Of a DNA stretch of 64,000 nt, positions 48,972-58,267 are shown piece by piece. The DNA is taken from contig CACDTN010000002.1 of NCBI GenBank assembly GCA_902555725.1, forward strand, positions 67,857-131,856, read 5' to 3'. Source of the stretch: an uncultured Pelagibacteraceae bacterium. Its GTDB lineage: Bacteria > Pseudomonadota > Alphaproteobacteria > Pelagibacterales > Pelagibacteraceae. Both the position numbers and the translations under genes were made by a program. Position 1 is the stretch's first letter. Every line of letters begins with the position of its first letter. The notes beneath the pieces were generated by a model that saw only the letters and a program-made list of their open reading frames with translations, was not told the origin of the DNA and did not search any database.

Positions 48972-49333
48972 ATTACGATGATAATAATATTTTTGCAAAA
49001 ATATTAAGAGGAGAAATACCTTGTAAAAAGATTTATGAGGACGATTTTGTGCTATCTTTTTACGATATAAATCCTCAAAAAAAAATTCATGCACTGGTTA
49101 TACCCAAAGGAAAATACTTAGACCTAGATGACTTCAGTACTAACGCCTCCCCAGATGAAATGGTTGGATTATTGAAAGGAATAAATATTGTTGCAAAAAA
49201 ACTTAAAATTTCAGTAGATACAGGAAAAGGATACCGAGCACTGGCTAATATAAGTGAGCATGGGGGTCAAGAGGTACCTCATTTGCATTTTCATTTGTTT
49301 GGAGGAGAAAAAGTTGGCAAGATGGTAGAGTGA
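48968..49333 (+). CDS. HIT-family (histidine triad) nucleotide hydrolase
   Basis: 121 aa with NIFAKILRGEIPCKKIYEDD and the histidine triad VPHLHFHLFGG. Confidence 0.9.
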   Translation: MNYDDNNIFAKILRGEIPCKKIYEDDFVLSFYDINPQKKIHALVIPKGKYLDLDDFSTNASPDEMVGLLKGINIVAKKLKISVDTGKGYRALANISEHGGQEVPHLHFHLFGGEKVGKMVE

Positions 49334-49833
49334 ATAAAAAAGTCGAAAGAAATTATTTAGAAATAACATCTCTTAAAGATTTTAGAGATTCTTTTTACAA
49401 TTCAGATGAATACGCAGTTAAAATTGTTAATCCAGTAGATTTTCAATTAAATAAATTTTTTTATAAAAATATTGGCAAGAGTCATAATTGGGTAGATAGA
49501 CTTGTTTGGACTGAAAAACAGTGGATAGAGTATGTGTCCAACCCAAAAGTTGAAACTTATGTTTTAAAAGCAAAAGGTGACTTTGCTGGTTATTTTGAAT
49601 TAATCTTACATCGTGAAGCTAATGAAGTTGAAATTGCATACCTAGGTTTATTAGCAGAATATCAAAATAAGAAATTAGGTTCATTCATATTATCAGCAGC
49701 TATTAAAATTTCATTTTTGAAAAAACCTAAACGAGTATGGGTACACACATGTTCATTAGATCACAAAAATGCACTAAACAATTATATCTCAAGAGGCATG
49801 AAAGTTTTTAAAACAGAAACAATACTTTATTAA
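49330..49833 (+). CDS. GNAT-family N-acetyltransferase
   Basis: 167 aa with a GTG start overlapping the HIT stop. The acetyl-CoA-binding region is GLLAEYQNKKLGSFIL (Q/RxxGxG/A-like). Confidence 0.65.
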   Translation: MNKKVERNYLEITSLKDFRDSFYNSDEYAVKIVNPVDFQLNKFFYKNIGKSHNWVDRLVWTEKQWIEYVSNPKVETYVLKAKGDFAGYFELILHREANEVEIAYLGLLAEYQNKKLGSFILSAAIKISFLKKPKRVWVHTCSLDHKNALNNYISRGMKVFKTETILY

Positions 49834-49839
49834 ATCAGA

Positions 49840-50388
49840 TTATTTTTTTTGTGGAAGTAAAAATAAGTTTTCTTTTAACTTTTGATTTCGCTTAATTGAT
49901 GAGAGATAAGTAATACTAACATTTTGATAAATATCAATGGTTTGCCAACCAATTAGGTTAAAGGTCATTTTATCAAAAAATAAATTAATTTGATTTTCAT
50001 TTTCTAGAAAACTAAAATTTACAAATTTTTTATCAACATCTCTTTCTTTTAAGTTTTTGATTTTTTTTATTAAAAAATCTTTGTCTAAAATTGTGTTTAA
50101 AGGAGTTTTTTTTAACGGATAAATATAATAACTGCTTAAAGTTTTTATTACTAAAGAATTACCATTTGAAATCAAAATTTTTTTATTACTTGAATTATAT
50201 TTACAATTGATTTTTCTGGGGTATTCAATAGTACAATTTCCACTCTCAATTTTTCCATTAATATTTTGTTCAAATTCAAAAGAAATATTTTCAACTTCCG
50301 TTAGTTTTGTAATTATGTTCTCTTTAATAGATGCAAATGAATTTTTTGTTAAAATTAAAAAAACAGCTATTAAAAATATTTTTTTCAT
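49840..50388 (-). CDS. lolA: LolA-like outer-membrane lipoprotein carrier protein
   Basis: 182 aa with a signal peptide ending SFA-SI and the segment ISFEFEQ. It lies immediately downstream of ftsK (conserved ftsK-lolA synteny). Confidence 0.65.
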   Translation of the reverse strand: MKKIFLIAVFLILTKNSFASIKENIITKLTEVENISFEFEQNINGKIESGNCTIEYPRKINCKYNSSNKKILISNGNSLVIKTLSSYYIYPLKKTPLNTILDKDFLIKKIKNLKERDVDKKFVNFSFLENENQINLFFDKMTFNLIGWQTIDIYQNVSITYLSSIKRNQKLKENLFLLPQKK

Positions 50389-52511
50389 TAAAGAACATCT
50401 CTTTTGCCAACATGATTAGCTTTACTAACAATGCCATCTGCCTCCATCATATCAATAATTCTTGCAGCTCTGTTATAACCAATCTGTAATTTTCTTTGTA
50501 AAAAAGATGTTGAAGCTTTACCTTCAGATTTAATTATCTCTACAGCAGTCTGGTAAAGCTCATCTTTATCTCCTTGATTTTTTGTAGACTCATTTATTTC
50601 TTTTTCATCAACAAAATTTAAAATTTCATCTACATAATCTGGTTCAGCTTGTGATCTTAAAAAATTATTTATTTTTTCTATTTCATTATCAGAAACAAAA
50701 GGTGCATGTATTCTTACAATTCTATTTGCTGAAGACATATATAGCATGTCTCCTTTACCTAACAATTGTTCAGCCCCCTGTTCTCCTAAAATAGTTCGAC
50801 TGTCGATTTTAGAAGTTACTTGAAAAGATATTCTAGTCGGAAAATTAGCTTTAATTGTTCCTGTTATTACATCAACGCTAGGTCTTTGAGTTGCCATTAT
50901 TATATGAATACCAGCTGCCCTTGCCATTTGAGATAATTTTTGGATATAATTTTCGATTTCTTTACCTGCTACTAACATCAGATCAGACATTTCATCAACT
51001 ACAACAACTATATAGGGCATAGGTAATTTATGTTTTGTATTATAACCATCAATGTTCCTTACACCCTCTTTAGTCATTAACCGATATCTATTCTCCATTT
51101 CTTTAACAACCCAACCTAAAACTGAAGCTGCCTTTTTTGCTTCAGTAATTACAGGGCAAAGTAAATGTGGAACACCTTCATATGTAGATAGTTCCAACAT
51201 TTTAGGATCTATAAGAATGAATTTACATTTTTCTGGAGTATGTTTGTAAAGGAGTGATAAGATTATAGTATTTATACAAACAGATTTACCAGATCCCGTT
51301 GTTCCAGCAATTAGTAAATGTGGCATCGATGATAAATCACCAATTATTGGTGTTCCAGAAATATTTTTACCAAGCGCTATCGGTAATTTTATTTCTTTCT
51401 TTTTAAAATCTGTACTATTTAAAATTTCACTTAAATAAACATTTTCTCTATGAGAATTAGGAAGTTCAATTCCTACTGTGCTACTACCTGGTATAGTTGC
51501 TATTCGGGCTGACTCTGAACTAGTATTCCTTGCGATATCATCTGAAAGATTAATTATTTTTGAAACTTTTACGCCTGCTGCAGGTTCAAATTCATTAAGA
51601 GTAACAACTGGGCCATGACTAACTTTTTTGATTTTTCCATCTACACCAAAATCTAAAAGAATTTTTTCTAAAAAATCTGGATTGTTATTTGAGTTATTGT
51701 TTGGCTCAACTTTTTTCTTTTCACTTGAAACTTTTAGCAAATCTATAGAAGGTAAAAAAAATTTATTTCTATTTAATGATTTATTAGCATCTGCTTTAAT
51801 AAATGGTAAGTCTTCTTGAATTAAATCTTTTATCTCTTCTTGAGGTATAAATTCACTTATAACTTCATTCTGATTTGTATAATTCTTTGGACTTTTTTTG
51901 AAAATAAAATTTATCAATTTTTTAAAATTTAAAAAAAAGTTTTTTAAATTAAAATTTATACTAATTAAAAAAAATAAAAGTGTCACTAAAATAAACAAAT
52001 AAAATAAAACATCACCATATGAGTTGGTTAAATTTTTGATAAATGAGTCACCTAAATAGTTTCCAACAAATCCGCCATTGCCATTTATATAAAGAGTAAA
52101 AGTATTCAAATAAAAGAGGCTAAAGAATAAAGATCCAAAAAAAGAATAAACTACAATATAAAAAGTATTTTCAATAAGCAGAAAAATTTCTTTACGTTTA
52201 AAAATATTTATTCCAGTGAATATTAATGTAATTGGAATTAAATAAGCAATTAACCCGACAGATTGAAAAATAAGATCAGATATAAAACTACCCTGATATC
52301 CTAATATATTCTTAATATCTGTATTTTCTGGAAAAATAAAATTTGGATCTTCGGGGGAATATGAAACTAATGCCACAAGCATTAAAACACCAAACAGAAA
52401 GACTAAAATACCAAATATCTCAATTAAACGCTTGATAAGAAACGTTAAAGCTGTGTTAGATAGTTTTTTTATATCCATTTTTGATGAATCAAATTTACCA
52501 CTTTGTATCAT
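50388..52511 (-). CDS. ftsK: DNA translocase FtsK
   Basis: 707 aa with N-terminal TM helices, the motor domain Walker A GTTGSGKSV, the segment VVVDEMSDLM and a C-terminal gamma (winged-helix) domain ASTSFLQRKLQIGYNRAARI. The exact start is uncertain (M1 or M12). Confidence 0.95.
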   Translation of the reverse strand: MIQSGKFDSSKMDIKKLSNTALTFLIKRLIEIFGILVFLFGVLMLVALVSYSPEDPNFIFPENTDIKNILGYQGSFISDLIFQSVGLIAYLIPITLIFTGINIFKRKEIFLLIENTFYIVVYSFFGSLFFSLFYLNTFTLYINGNGGFVGNYLGDSFIKNLTNSYGDVLFYLFILVTLLFFLISINFNLKNFFLNFKKLINFIFKKSPKNYTNQNEVISEFIPQEEIKDLIQEDLPFIKADANKSLNRNKFFLPSIDLLKVSSEKKKVEPNNNSNNNPDFLEKILLDFGVDGKIKKVSHGPVVTLNEFEPAAGVKVSKIINLSDDIARNTSSESARIATIPGSSTVGIELPNSHRENVYLSEILNSTDFKKKEIKLPIALGKNISGTPIIGDLSSMPHLLIAGTTGSGKSVCINTIILSLLYKHTPEKCKFILIDPKMLELSTYEGVPHLLCPVITEAKKAASVLGWVVKEMENRYRLMTKEGVRNIDGYNTKHKLPMPYIVVVVDEMSDLMLVAGKEIENYIQKLSQMARAAGIHIIMATQRPSVDVITGTIKANFPTRISFQVTSKIDSRTILGEQGAEQLLGKGDMLYMSSANRIVRIHAPFVSDNEIEKINNFLRSQAEPDYVDEILNFVDEKEINESTKNQGDKDELYQTAVEIIKSEGKASTSFLQRKLQIGYNRAARIIDMMEADGIVSKANHVGKRDVL

Positions 52512-52541
52512 CTAATTTTTATTGTTAAAATTAAAAATATT

Positions 52542-53612
52542 ATGAAACTAGGTATAATAGGCGGTGGATTAACAAGTTTGAGTTTAGCTAAATCTTTAGT
52601 TAACCAAGGAATGATAGTTGATCTTTTTTTTACTGAATCTAAATCATATTTTAACAAAGGCAGAACCATTGGAGTCTCAAAAGAAAATTTAGATTTTTTT
52701 AATAAAAATATTTTGGATATAAAAAATATTACTTGGAATATAGACAAAATTGAAATTTTTTCTGAAAAACTTTCAAATGAAAATATTTTGAAATTTGAAA
52801 AAAATAATGAACCACTTTTTGGAATAATTAAGAATTATGAACTACAAAAAAAGTTATTATCTAATCTATCTAAAAATAAATTATGTAACTTTAAAACAAA
52901 AAAAAATTATCAAAATTTGAAAATTAAGGATTATAGTTTAATTATAAATTGTGATAGAAATACTAGAATTTCAAAAAAGTTTTTTTTCAAAAAGATAAAA
53001 AAAAATTATGAGAGTTTTGCCCATACTGCTATCATTACCCATAAAAAGGTTAAAAATAATATTGCAACTCAGACTTTTACTAGAAAAGGCCCTATCGCTT
53101 TTTTACCAATATCAGCAACTAAGACATCAATTGTTTATTCTGTTAAAGGAAACCAGAATTTAGATTTAAAAAGTTTAATTAAAAAGTATAACAAAAAATA
53201 TTTTATTTTAAAATTTAGTGACTTTGGTTCTTTTGAATTAAAAGCATCTAACCTTAGATCATATTATTATAAGAATATTTTAGCTTTTGGTGATTTATTA
53301 CATAAGTTACATCCATTAGCAGGCCAAGGTTTCAATATGTCAATTAGGGATATAAAAGTAATTTTTGAGTTAATAAAATTTAAATTAGATATTGGATTAG
53401 AAATAAATAGTTCAATATGTATTGATTTCGAGAAAAGAGCAAAATATAAAAATTATCTTTTTTCAAAAGGTATTGATTTAGTTTATGAGGTTTTTAATTT
53501 AGAGAGTAAAATAAATAATAATGTTCTAATTAAATCTATCCAGTTTTTTGGAAAAAATAAATTTTTAAATAGATCTTTTGAAAAAATCGCGAATAATGGA
53601 TTACAAATATAG
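52542..53612 (+). CDS. FAD-dependent monooxygenase, UbiH/UbiF/Coq6 family (ubiquinone-ring hydroxylase-like)
   Basis: It has the Rossmann N-terminus MKLGIIGGGLTSLS and the segment AFGDLLHKLHPLAGQGFNMSIRD. I moved the start to ATG 52542 because the TTG at 52503 in the track overlaps ftsK. Confidence 0.75.
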   Translation: MKLGIIGGGLTSLSLAKSLVNQGMIVDLFFTESKSYFNKGRTIGVSKENLDFFNKNILDIKNITWNIDKIEIFSEKLSNENILKFEKNNEPLFGIIKNYELQKKLLSNLSKNKLCNFKTKKNYQNLKIKDYSLIINCDRNTRISKKFFFKKIKKNYESFAHTAIITHKKVKNNIATQTFTRKGPIAFLPISATKTSIVYSVKGNQNLDLKSLIKKYNKKYFILKFSDFGSFELKASNLRSYYYKNILAFGDLLHKLHPLAGQGFNMSIRDIKVIFELIKFKLDIGLEINSSICIDFEKRAKYKNYLFSKGIDLVYEVFNLESKINNNVLIKSIQFFGKNKFLNRSFEKIANNGLQI

Positions 53613-53614
53613 AA

Positions 53615-54262
53615 TTATTGAACGGTTGTATTATTATAATTATCGAAAGAGTAGGTGGCTAATATTTCTGAAATTTTAGTTTTTCTTAATTCTAAATTTT
53701 TTGCTTCTAATAAAATTTGTTTTTCTTCTAGAGTAAATGGGGATGCCATTGCTAAAGCGTTTATGGTTTCATCTAGACTTTGTTTTTCTAATGCTTTCCA
53801 GTTAATTACAAAACCTCTCTTTTCAAATAGAGTTTTGAGATCTTTAAAAATAAGTTTTAAATCTGAAAATTGAAGATTTTCTTTTTTACTATTTAGATCA
53901 TCATAAAAATCAGTAAAGTTCACCTCACATTCTCTATATTGTTTACCTGATTTGATTTCATTTATAATCTTAAATCTAATTAGTCCTTTAAGTTCTATCA
54001 AAAACTGACCATTATCATTTTCTTTAAAACTCATTATTTTGCCCATACAGCCTATTTCATGTAATTTTGGAGCTTGATTAATATCCTCAGCAGATGTTCT
54101 GGGCTGGATCATTCCAATAAACTTGTTTGACCGCATACTATCATTGATCATATCAATATATCTAGGCTCAAATATATTCAGGGGCACTGTAGTTTTTGGA
54201 AAAATTATAAAATTACTCAATGGAAATACAGATACTATTTTTGGCAAATCATCTTTTTTCAT
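53615..54262 (-). CDS. LON N-terminal (substrate-binding) domain protein
   Basis: 215 aa. VFPLSNFIIFPKTTVPLNIFEPRYIDMI is the typical LON_substr_bdg start. Confidence 0.8.
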   Translation of the reverse strand: MKKDDLPKIVSVFPLSNFIIFPKTTVPLNIFEPRYIDMINDSMRSNKFIGMIQPRTSAEDINQAPKLHEIGCMGKIMSFKENDNGQFLIELKGLIRFKIINEIKSGKQYRECEVNFTDFYDDLNSKKENLQFSDLKLIFKDLKTLFEKRGFVINWKALEKQSLDETINALAMASPFTLEEKQILLEAKNLELRKTKISEILATYSFDNYNNTTVQ

Positions 54263-54330
54263 ATTTTAAACATATCATATTTAATATTGCTTGAATTAAA
54301 AAAAACAACTATTTATACTAATTTAATTTT

Positions 54331-54405
54331 GCGGGCATAGCTCAGTGGTAGAGCGTCTCGTTGCCAACGAGAAGGTCGAGGGTTCGACCCCCTTTGCCCG
54401 CTCCA
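54331..54405 (+). tRNA. tRNA-Gly (anticodon GCC), CCA encoded
   Basis: I folded the cloverleaf by hand. The acceptor stem is GCGGGCA/TGCCCGC, the D arm GCTC-AGTGGTA-GAGC, and the anticodon arm TCTCG-TTGCCAA-CGAGA (GCC). The T arm is GAGGG-TTCGACC-CCCTT, followed by discriminator T and CCA. It is the only GC-rich non-coding island in the window. Confidence 0.95.
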
Positions 54406-54416
54406 AACCTGAAAAA

Positions 54417-55547
54417 ATGTTAAAAATTTGTATAGAAGGCTGGCGAGGAATTAATCACTCTTACTCAATTATTAATCAAAATCAATTGATTGAACTATCA
54501 AAATTACCTATCGATTTAAGATTTAGAGACATTAGTTTTCTAGATAAAAATTGGAATAATAATAAAAATGCTGATGGTTTTTCAAAAGATGATAAACGGA
54601 TCGTAAATCAAATTCAAAAAGCAAAAACTGACGAAATATTTGATGTAATATATAGAATTTCATATCCTTTTGATCTTGCAAAAACTAAATCAAAAAAACA
54701 TTTTGTACAAATAACATCTGAACGTAATACAAAATTAAACATCATTAATGGCAGCCCATCAGATTTGTCAAATCGTCAATATCTTAAAATTATTACCCCA
54801 TCTATTTGGTCAAAGAATGGTCTAATTAAAACTGGGTTTGATGAAAACCAAATAATCATTATACCACATGGAGTAAATAATAAAATTTTTAGAAAAATAT
54901 CAGAAAATGAACTTAATAATTTAAAATTAAAATTAAATATTAAAAAAGATGATTTTGTACTAACTAATGTGAGCGCTATGACTGGAAACAAAGGCATTCA
55001 TTTTTTGATCACAGCTTACGCAATATTAAAACAAAAACTAAAAAACCTAAAATTAATTTTGAAAGATCAAAGTAAACTTTATAATATAAAAGCACAAACT
55101 TATATCAAAACAATACAGGATACAAAATACAGTAAATTCATGACAGATGATGTTTTGAAAGATATAATTTTTATTTCTGAGAATTTAGATTTAAAAACGT
55201 TAAATCAATTATATAATTTATCAAATTGTTATGTTTCTCCATATAAATCTGAAGGTTTTAATTTACCTCCTTTAGAAGCTGCTGCAGCTGGTACACCAAT
55301 AATAGTCACGAAAGGGGGTTCAACAGATGATTATTTTACCTCTGAAATTGGTCTTCAAGTTGAAAGTAACTTAATTGAAACTGAAGATAAAAGGTTTTTA
55401 GAACCAAACCTAGACTCTCTAATTGATTGCATTACTGAAGTTTATAATAATACAAAGAATTTTGGACAAATAGAAGGTTCTAAAATGATTCAAAATAATT
55501 ATAGTTGGACAAAAATTACTAGAAAACTTTATGAAGCAATAAAATGA
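54417..55547 (+). CDS. Glycosyltransferase family 4 (Glycos_transf_1 domain)
   Basis: 376 aa counted from ATG 54417; the longer ORF in the track reads through the tRNA. The C-terminal motif is SPYKSEGFNLPPLEAAAAGTPIIVTKGGSTDDY (the E-x7-E region of GT-B retaining transferases). Confidence 0.8.
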   Translation: MLKICIEGWRGINHSYSIINQNQLIELSKLPIDLRFRDISFLDKNWNNNKNADGFSKDDKRIVNQIQKAKTDEIFDVIYRISYPFDLAKTKSKKHFVQITSERNTKLNIINGSPSDLSNRQYLKIITPSIWSKNGLIKTGFDENQIIIIPHGVNNKIFRKISENELNNLKLKLNIKKDDFVLTNVSAMTGNKGIHFLITAYAILKQKLKNLKLILKDQSKLYNIKAQTYIKTIQDTKYSKFMTDDVLKDIIFISENLDLKTLNQLYNLSNCYVSPYKSEGFNLPPLEAAAAGTPIIVTKGGSTDDYFTSEIGLQVESNLIETEDKRFLEPNLDSLIDCITEVYNNTKNFGQIEGSKMIQNNYSWTKITRKLYEAIK

Positions 55548-56386
55548 TTACCTGGATCGCTTCTTATCCTAAAAGTGGAAATACTTTCCTAAGGTCCTTT
55601 TTGGCAGCTTATTTTTTTTCAGACTCAGGAAAATTTGAATTTGATTTATTGCATAATATTTTACAATTTCCTTCATTGAAATTTTCCAAGAACGATACAT
55701 CATCAAAAAAAGAGACTGCACAAAACTGGATTTTAAATCAAAATCATTATTTTAATCATAAAGAAGTTTTTTTAAAAACTCACAACTCTTTAGAGGAGTT
55801 TGAAGGATATAAGTTTACTTCACAAAAACAAACTAAAGGTGCTATTTATATAGTTAGAGATCCAAGAAATGTTATTTTATCTATGAGTCATCATTATTCA
55901 CTATCTTACGAAAAGTCATATGAAAAAATTGTTGATAAAAAATCGTCACTAATTGAAAGAACTTTTAATGAGGATCACAGTAATTTTACCTTTCTAGGAA
56001 CTTGGTCTGATCATTATAAGTCTTGGAGAGACAATAAAGATTTTAAAGTTTTATTTATAAAATATGAGGATTTTGAAAAAAATATTGTACCTGTTTTTAA
56101 AAAGGTAATTAATTTCATAAATGAATTAACAAATAAAACAGATAAAATTGAAGACAACAAATTTTTTAATGCAATAAAGTCCACAAATTTTGCAAGTTTA
56201 AAAAATAAAGAAAATACCTTAGGGTTTGAAGAAAGTGTTTATTCTGATAAAGGAAAAAAAATTAATTTTTTTAATCTTGGTTTCCAAAATAAATGGCAAA
56301 ATAAACTACCAGATGATATAGTTAAAAAAGTAAATAAAGATTTGAATAAAGAAATAATAGAATTAGGATATAATTTAAATGAATAA
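55544..56386 (+). CDS. Sulfotransferase-domain protein (Sulfotransfer_1-like), paralogue 2
   Basis: 280 aa with ASYPKSGNT, IYIVRDPRN and KYEDF. Its start overlaps the GT4 stop (ATGA). It is collinear with the paralogue at 43026..43868. Confidence 0.8.
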   Translation: MITWIASYPKSGNTFLRSFLAAYFFSDSGKFEFDLLHNILQFPSLKFSKNDTSSKKETAQNWILNQNHYFNHKEVFLKTHNSLEEFEGYKFTSQKQTKGAIYIVRDPRNVILSMSHHYSLSYEKSYEKIVDKKSSLIERTFNEDHSNFTFLGTWSDHYKSWRDNKDFKVLFIKYEDFEKNIVPVFKKVINFINELTNKTDKIEDNKFFNAIKSTNFASLKNKENTLGFEESVYSDKGKKINFFNLGFQNKWQNKLPDDIVKKVNKDLNKEIIELGYNLNE

Positions 56387-56714
56387 ACTTTTAGAAAAAA
56401 AATGTGTACCTTGCGAAGGTGGAGTAGTCCCATTTGATATTTCAGAAATCCATAAATATCAAAAAATGGTAGATGGCTGGAATATCATCAAAGATAAAAA
56501 AGATATATATTTTTTAGAAAAGCAATTTAGTTTCAAAAATTTTTTAGATAGTCAAAAATTTGTTAACGAAGTAGGAAAGATATCAGAGGAAGAGGGACAC
56601 CATCCAGAAATCACATTTGGTTGGGGCTATGCAAAAATCAATATAACCACACATGCAATTGAAGGGTTATCAGAAAATGATTTTATTTTAGCTGCAAAAA
56701 TTGATAAAATTTAG
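56379..56714 (+). CDS. Pterin-4-alpha-carbinolamine dehydratase (PCD/DCoH family)
   Basis: 111 aa with the motif EEEGHHPEITFGWGYAKINITTHAIEGLSENDFILAAKID. Confidence 0.85.
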   Translation: MNKLLEKKCVPCEGGVVPFDISEIHKYQKMVDGWNIIKDKKDIYFLEKQFSFKNFLDSQKFVNEVGKISEEEGHHPEITFGWGYAKINITTHAIEGLSENDFILAAKIDKI

Positions 56715-58267
56715 TGTCTAAAATGTCTAGTCTTCGAAAAGATTAATACAGTTCCTGTCGCATTAGCAAAGTTTATTACTTCTTTATCATTAATTGATCC
56801 CGAAGGTTGAACAACAGCAGAAACTCCTGCCTGGACTAATTTCTCAATACCATCAACAAATGGAAAAAAAGCATCAGATGCAGCTACAATCTCTGTCTCT
56901 AAATTTCTAAATTTTTTCATTTTATCAATAGCAATTTGACAGCTGTCAAGTCTACTAGGTTGACCTGACCCAATACCCACAGTTGTTTTATTGTCCACTA
57001 GAACTATTGCATTAGATTTTACATATCTACAAACGTTAAAAGCAAAAATTAAATTATCAAGTTGTATTTTAGTGGGCTTCTTTTTTGAGACAATTTTAAA
57101 GTCATTTTTAGAAAATATTTTGTTATCTTCAGATTGTATTAAAATAGAACTGTTAAGAGAATTAAATTTAAATATCTCATTTTGTGAAAAGTTAGATGCA
57201 TCAATAAGTCTTAAATTTTTTTTTGATTTTAATATTTTAAGTGCATTTTTTTCAAATCCATTAGCAATGATTACCTCAAGAAAAATTTTATTAAGTTCAA
57301 GAGCTAATTTTTTATCAATTTTAAAATTACAAGATATAATCCCACCAAAAGCACTTGTTGGATCACAAGCTAAAGCAGCCTTATAACTATCTAATTTATT
57401 TTTAAGAATTGAAACACCACAAGGGTTTGCGTGTTTTACTATAGCCGTACCAATATTTTTTGGCAGAGTTTTTGATATTGCTAAAGCAGAAAAAATATCA
57501 TTATAATTATTATAACTAAGCTGTTTTCCATGTATTTTATTAATCTGTAAATTTGTGTTTTTTGAATAAATAGCACTTATTTGATGAGGATTTTCACCAT
57601 ATCTTAGTTTCTCTATTAAATTACCATAAAAAATTTTTTTTTGAGGAAAATATATTTTAGAGTTCATGTTTAAGTAATTTGATATAACAGAGTCATAATA
57701 AGCAGTTTCTCCAAACGCTAATTGTGACATATCTTTTCTAAACTTTAACGTAGTGGACCCTTTATTTATTTTTAACTGTTTTATGAGTTCAGGATATTGT
57801 TCTATAGAGGTAATAACAGTTACATCACTATAATTTTTTGCAGATGCTCTGACCATTGCTGGTCCACCTATGTCAATATTTTCCAAAATTTTTTCATGTT
57901 TTTTCGTTTTTTCTAAGATTTTTTCAAATGGGTAAAAGTTTACAATAACTAAGTCTATATTTTCGAACTTATTACTTTTAAGTTGCTTTTGGTGTAATTT
58001 ATTATTTCTTTTACTTAAAATTCCAGCATGAATTTTTGGATGTAAAGTTTTTACTCTACCTCCAAGGATTTCTTTGAAACCAGTAAAATCTGAAACCTCA
58101 GAACAACCAAATTTTAATCTTTTTATAGTTTTAAAGGTTCCTCCAGAACTGATTATCTTCACTTTATTTTTTTTTAGAATTTGCAAAAGTGGCTTTAAAT
58201 TTGATTTGTCAGATACAGATATTAAAGCTGATCTAATTTTTTTCATCATATCTTTTTTATTTCCCAC
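56711..58267 (-). CDS. purH: Bifunctional AICAR transformylase / IMP cyclohydrolase
   Basis: 518 aa with the MGS-like N-terminus ALISVSDKSNL, the segments GGRVKTLHPKIHAGIL and KHANPCG, and the C-terminus SGSINDKEVI...FSKTRHFRH. The real start may be M7/M8 (58249/58246), which would remove the overlap with the upstream gene. Confidence 0.95.
   Translation of the reverse strand: MGNKKDMMKKIRSALISVSDKSNLKPLLQILKKNKVKIISSGGTFKTIKRLKFGCSEVSDFTGFKEILGGRVKTLHPKIHAGILSKRNNKLHQKQLKSNKFENIDLVIVNFYPFEKILEKTKKHEKILENIDIGGPAMVRASAKNYSDVTVITSIEQYPELIKQLKINKGSTTLKFRKDMSQLAFGETAYYDSVISNYLNMNSKIYFPQKKIFYGNLIEKLRYGENPHQISAIYSKNTNLQINKIHGKQLSYNNYNDIFSALAISKTLPKNIGTAIVKHANPCGVSILKNKLDSYKAALACDPTSAFGGIISCNFKIDKKLALELNKIFLEVIIANGFEKNALKILKSKKNLRLIDASNFSQNEIFKFNSLNSSILIQSEDNKIFSKNDFKIVSKKKPTKIQLDNLIFAFNVCRYVKSNAIVLVDNKTTVGIGSGQPSRLDSCQIAIDKMKKFRNLETEIVAASDAFFPFVDGIEKLVQAGVSAVVQPSGSINDKEVINFANATGTVLIFSKTRHFRH

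Noticed and set aside
54345-54416. The 5' extension of the glycosyltransferase ORF (MVERLVANEKVEGSTPFARSKPEK) starts inside the tRNA.
   Set aside because: This stretch is the tRNA-Gly sequence read as protein. The first plausible start after the tRNA is ATG 54417.
54331-56714. I considered a classical integrase-mediated genomic island at tRNA-Gly.
   Set aside because: There is no integrase or recombinase. I could not see a direct repeat of the tRNA 3' end downstream by eye, and composition is the same as the surroundings. I keep it only as a possibly variable operon, not as a mobile element.
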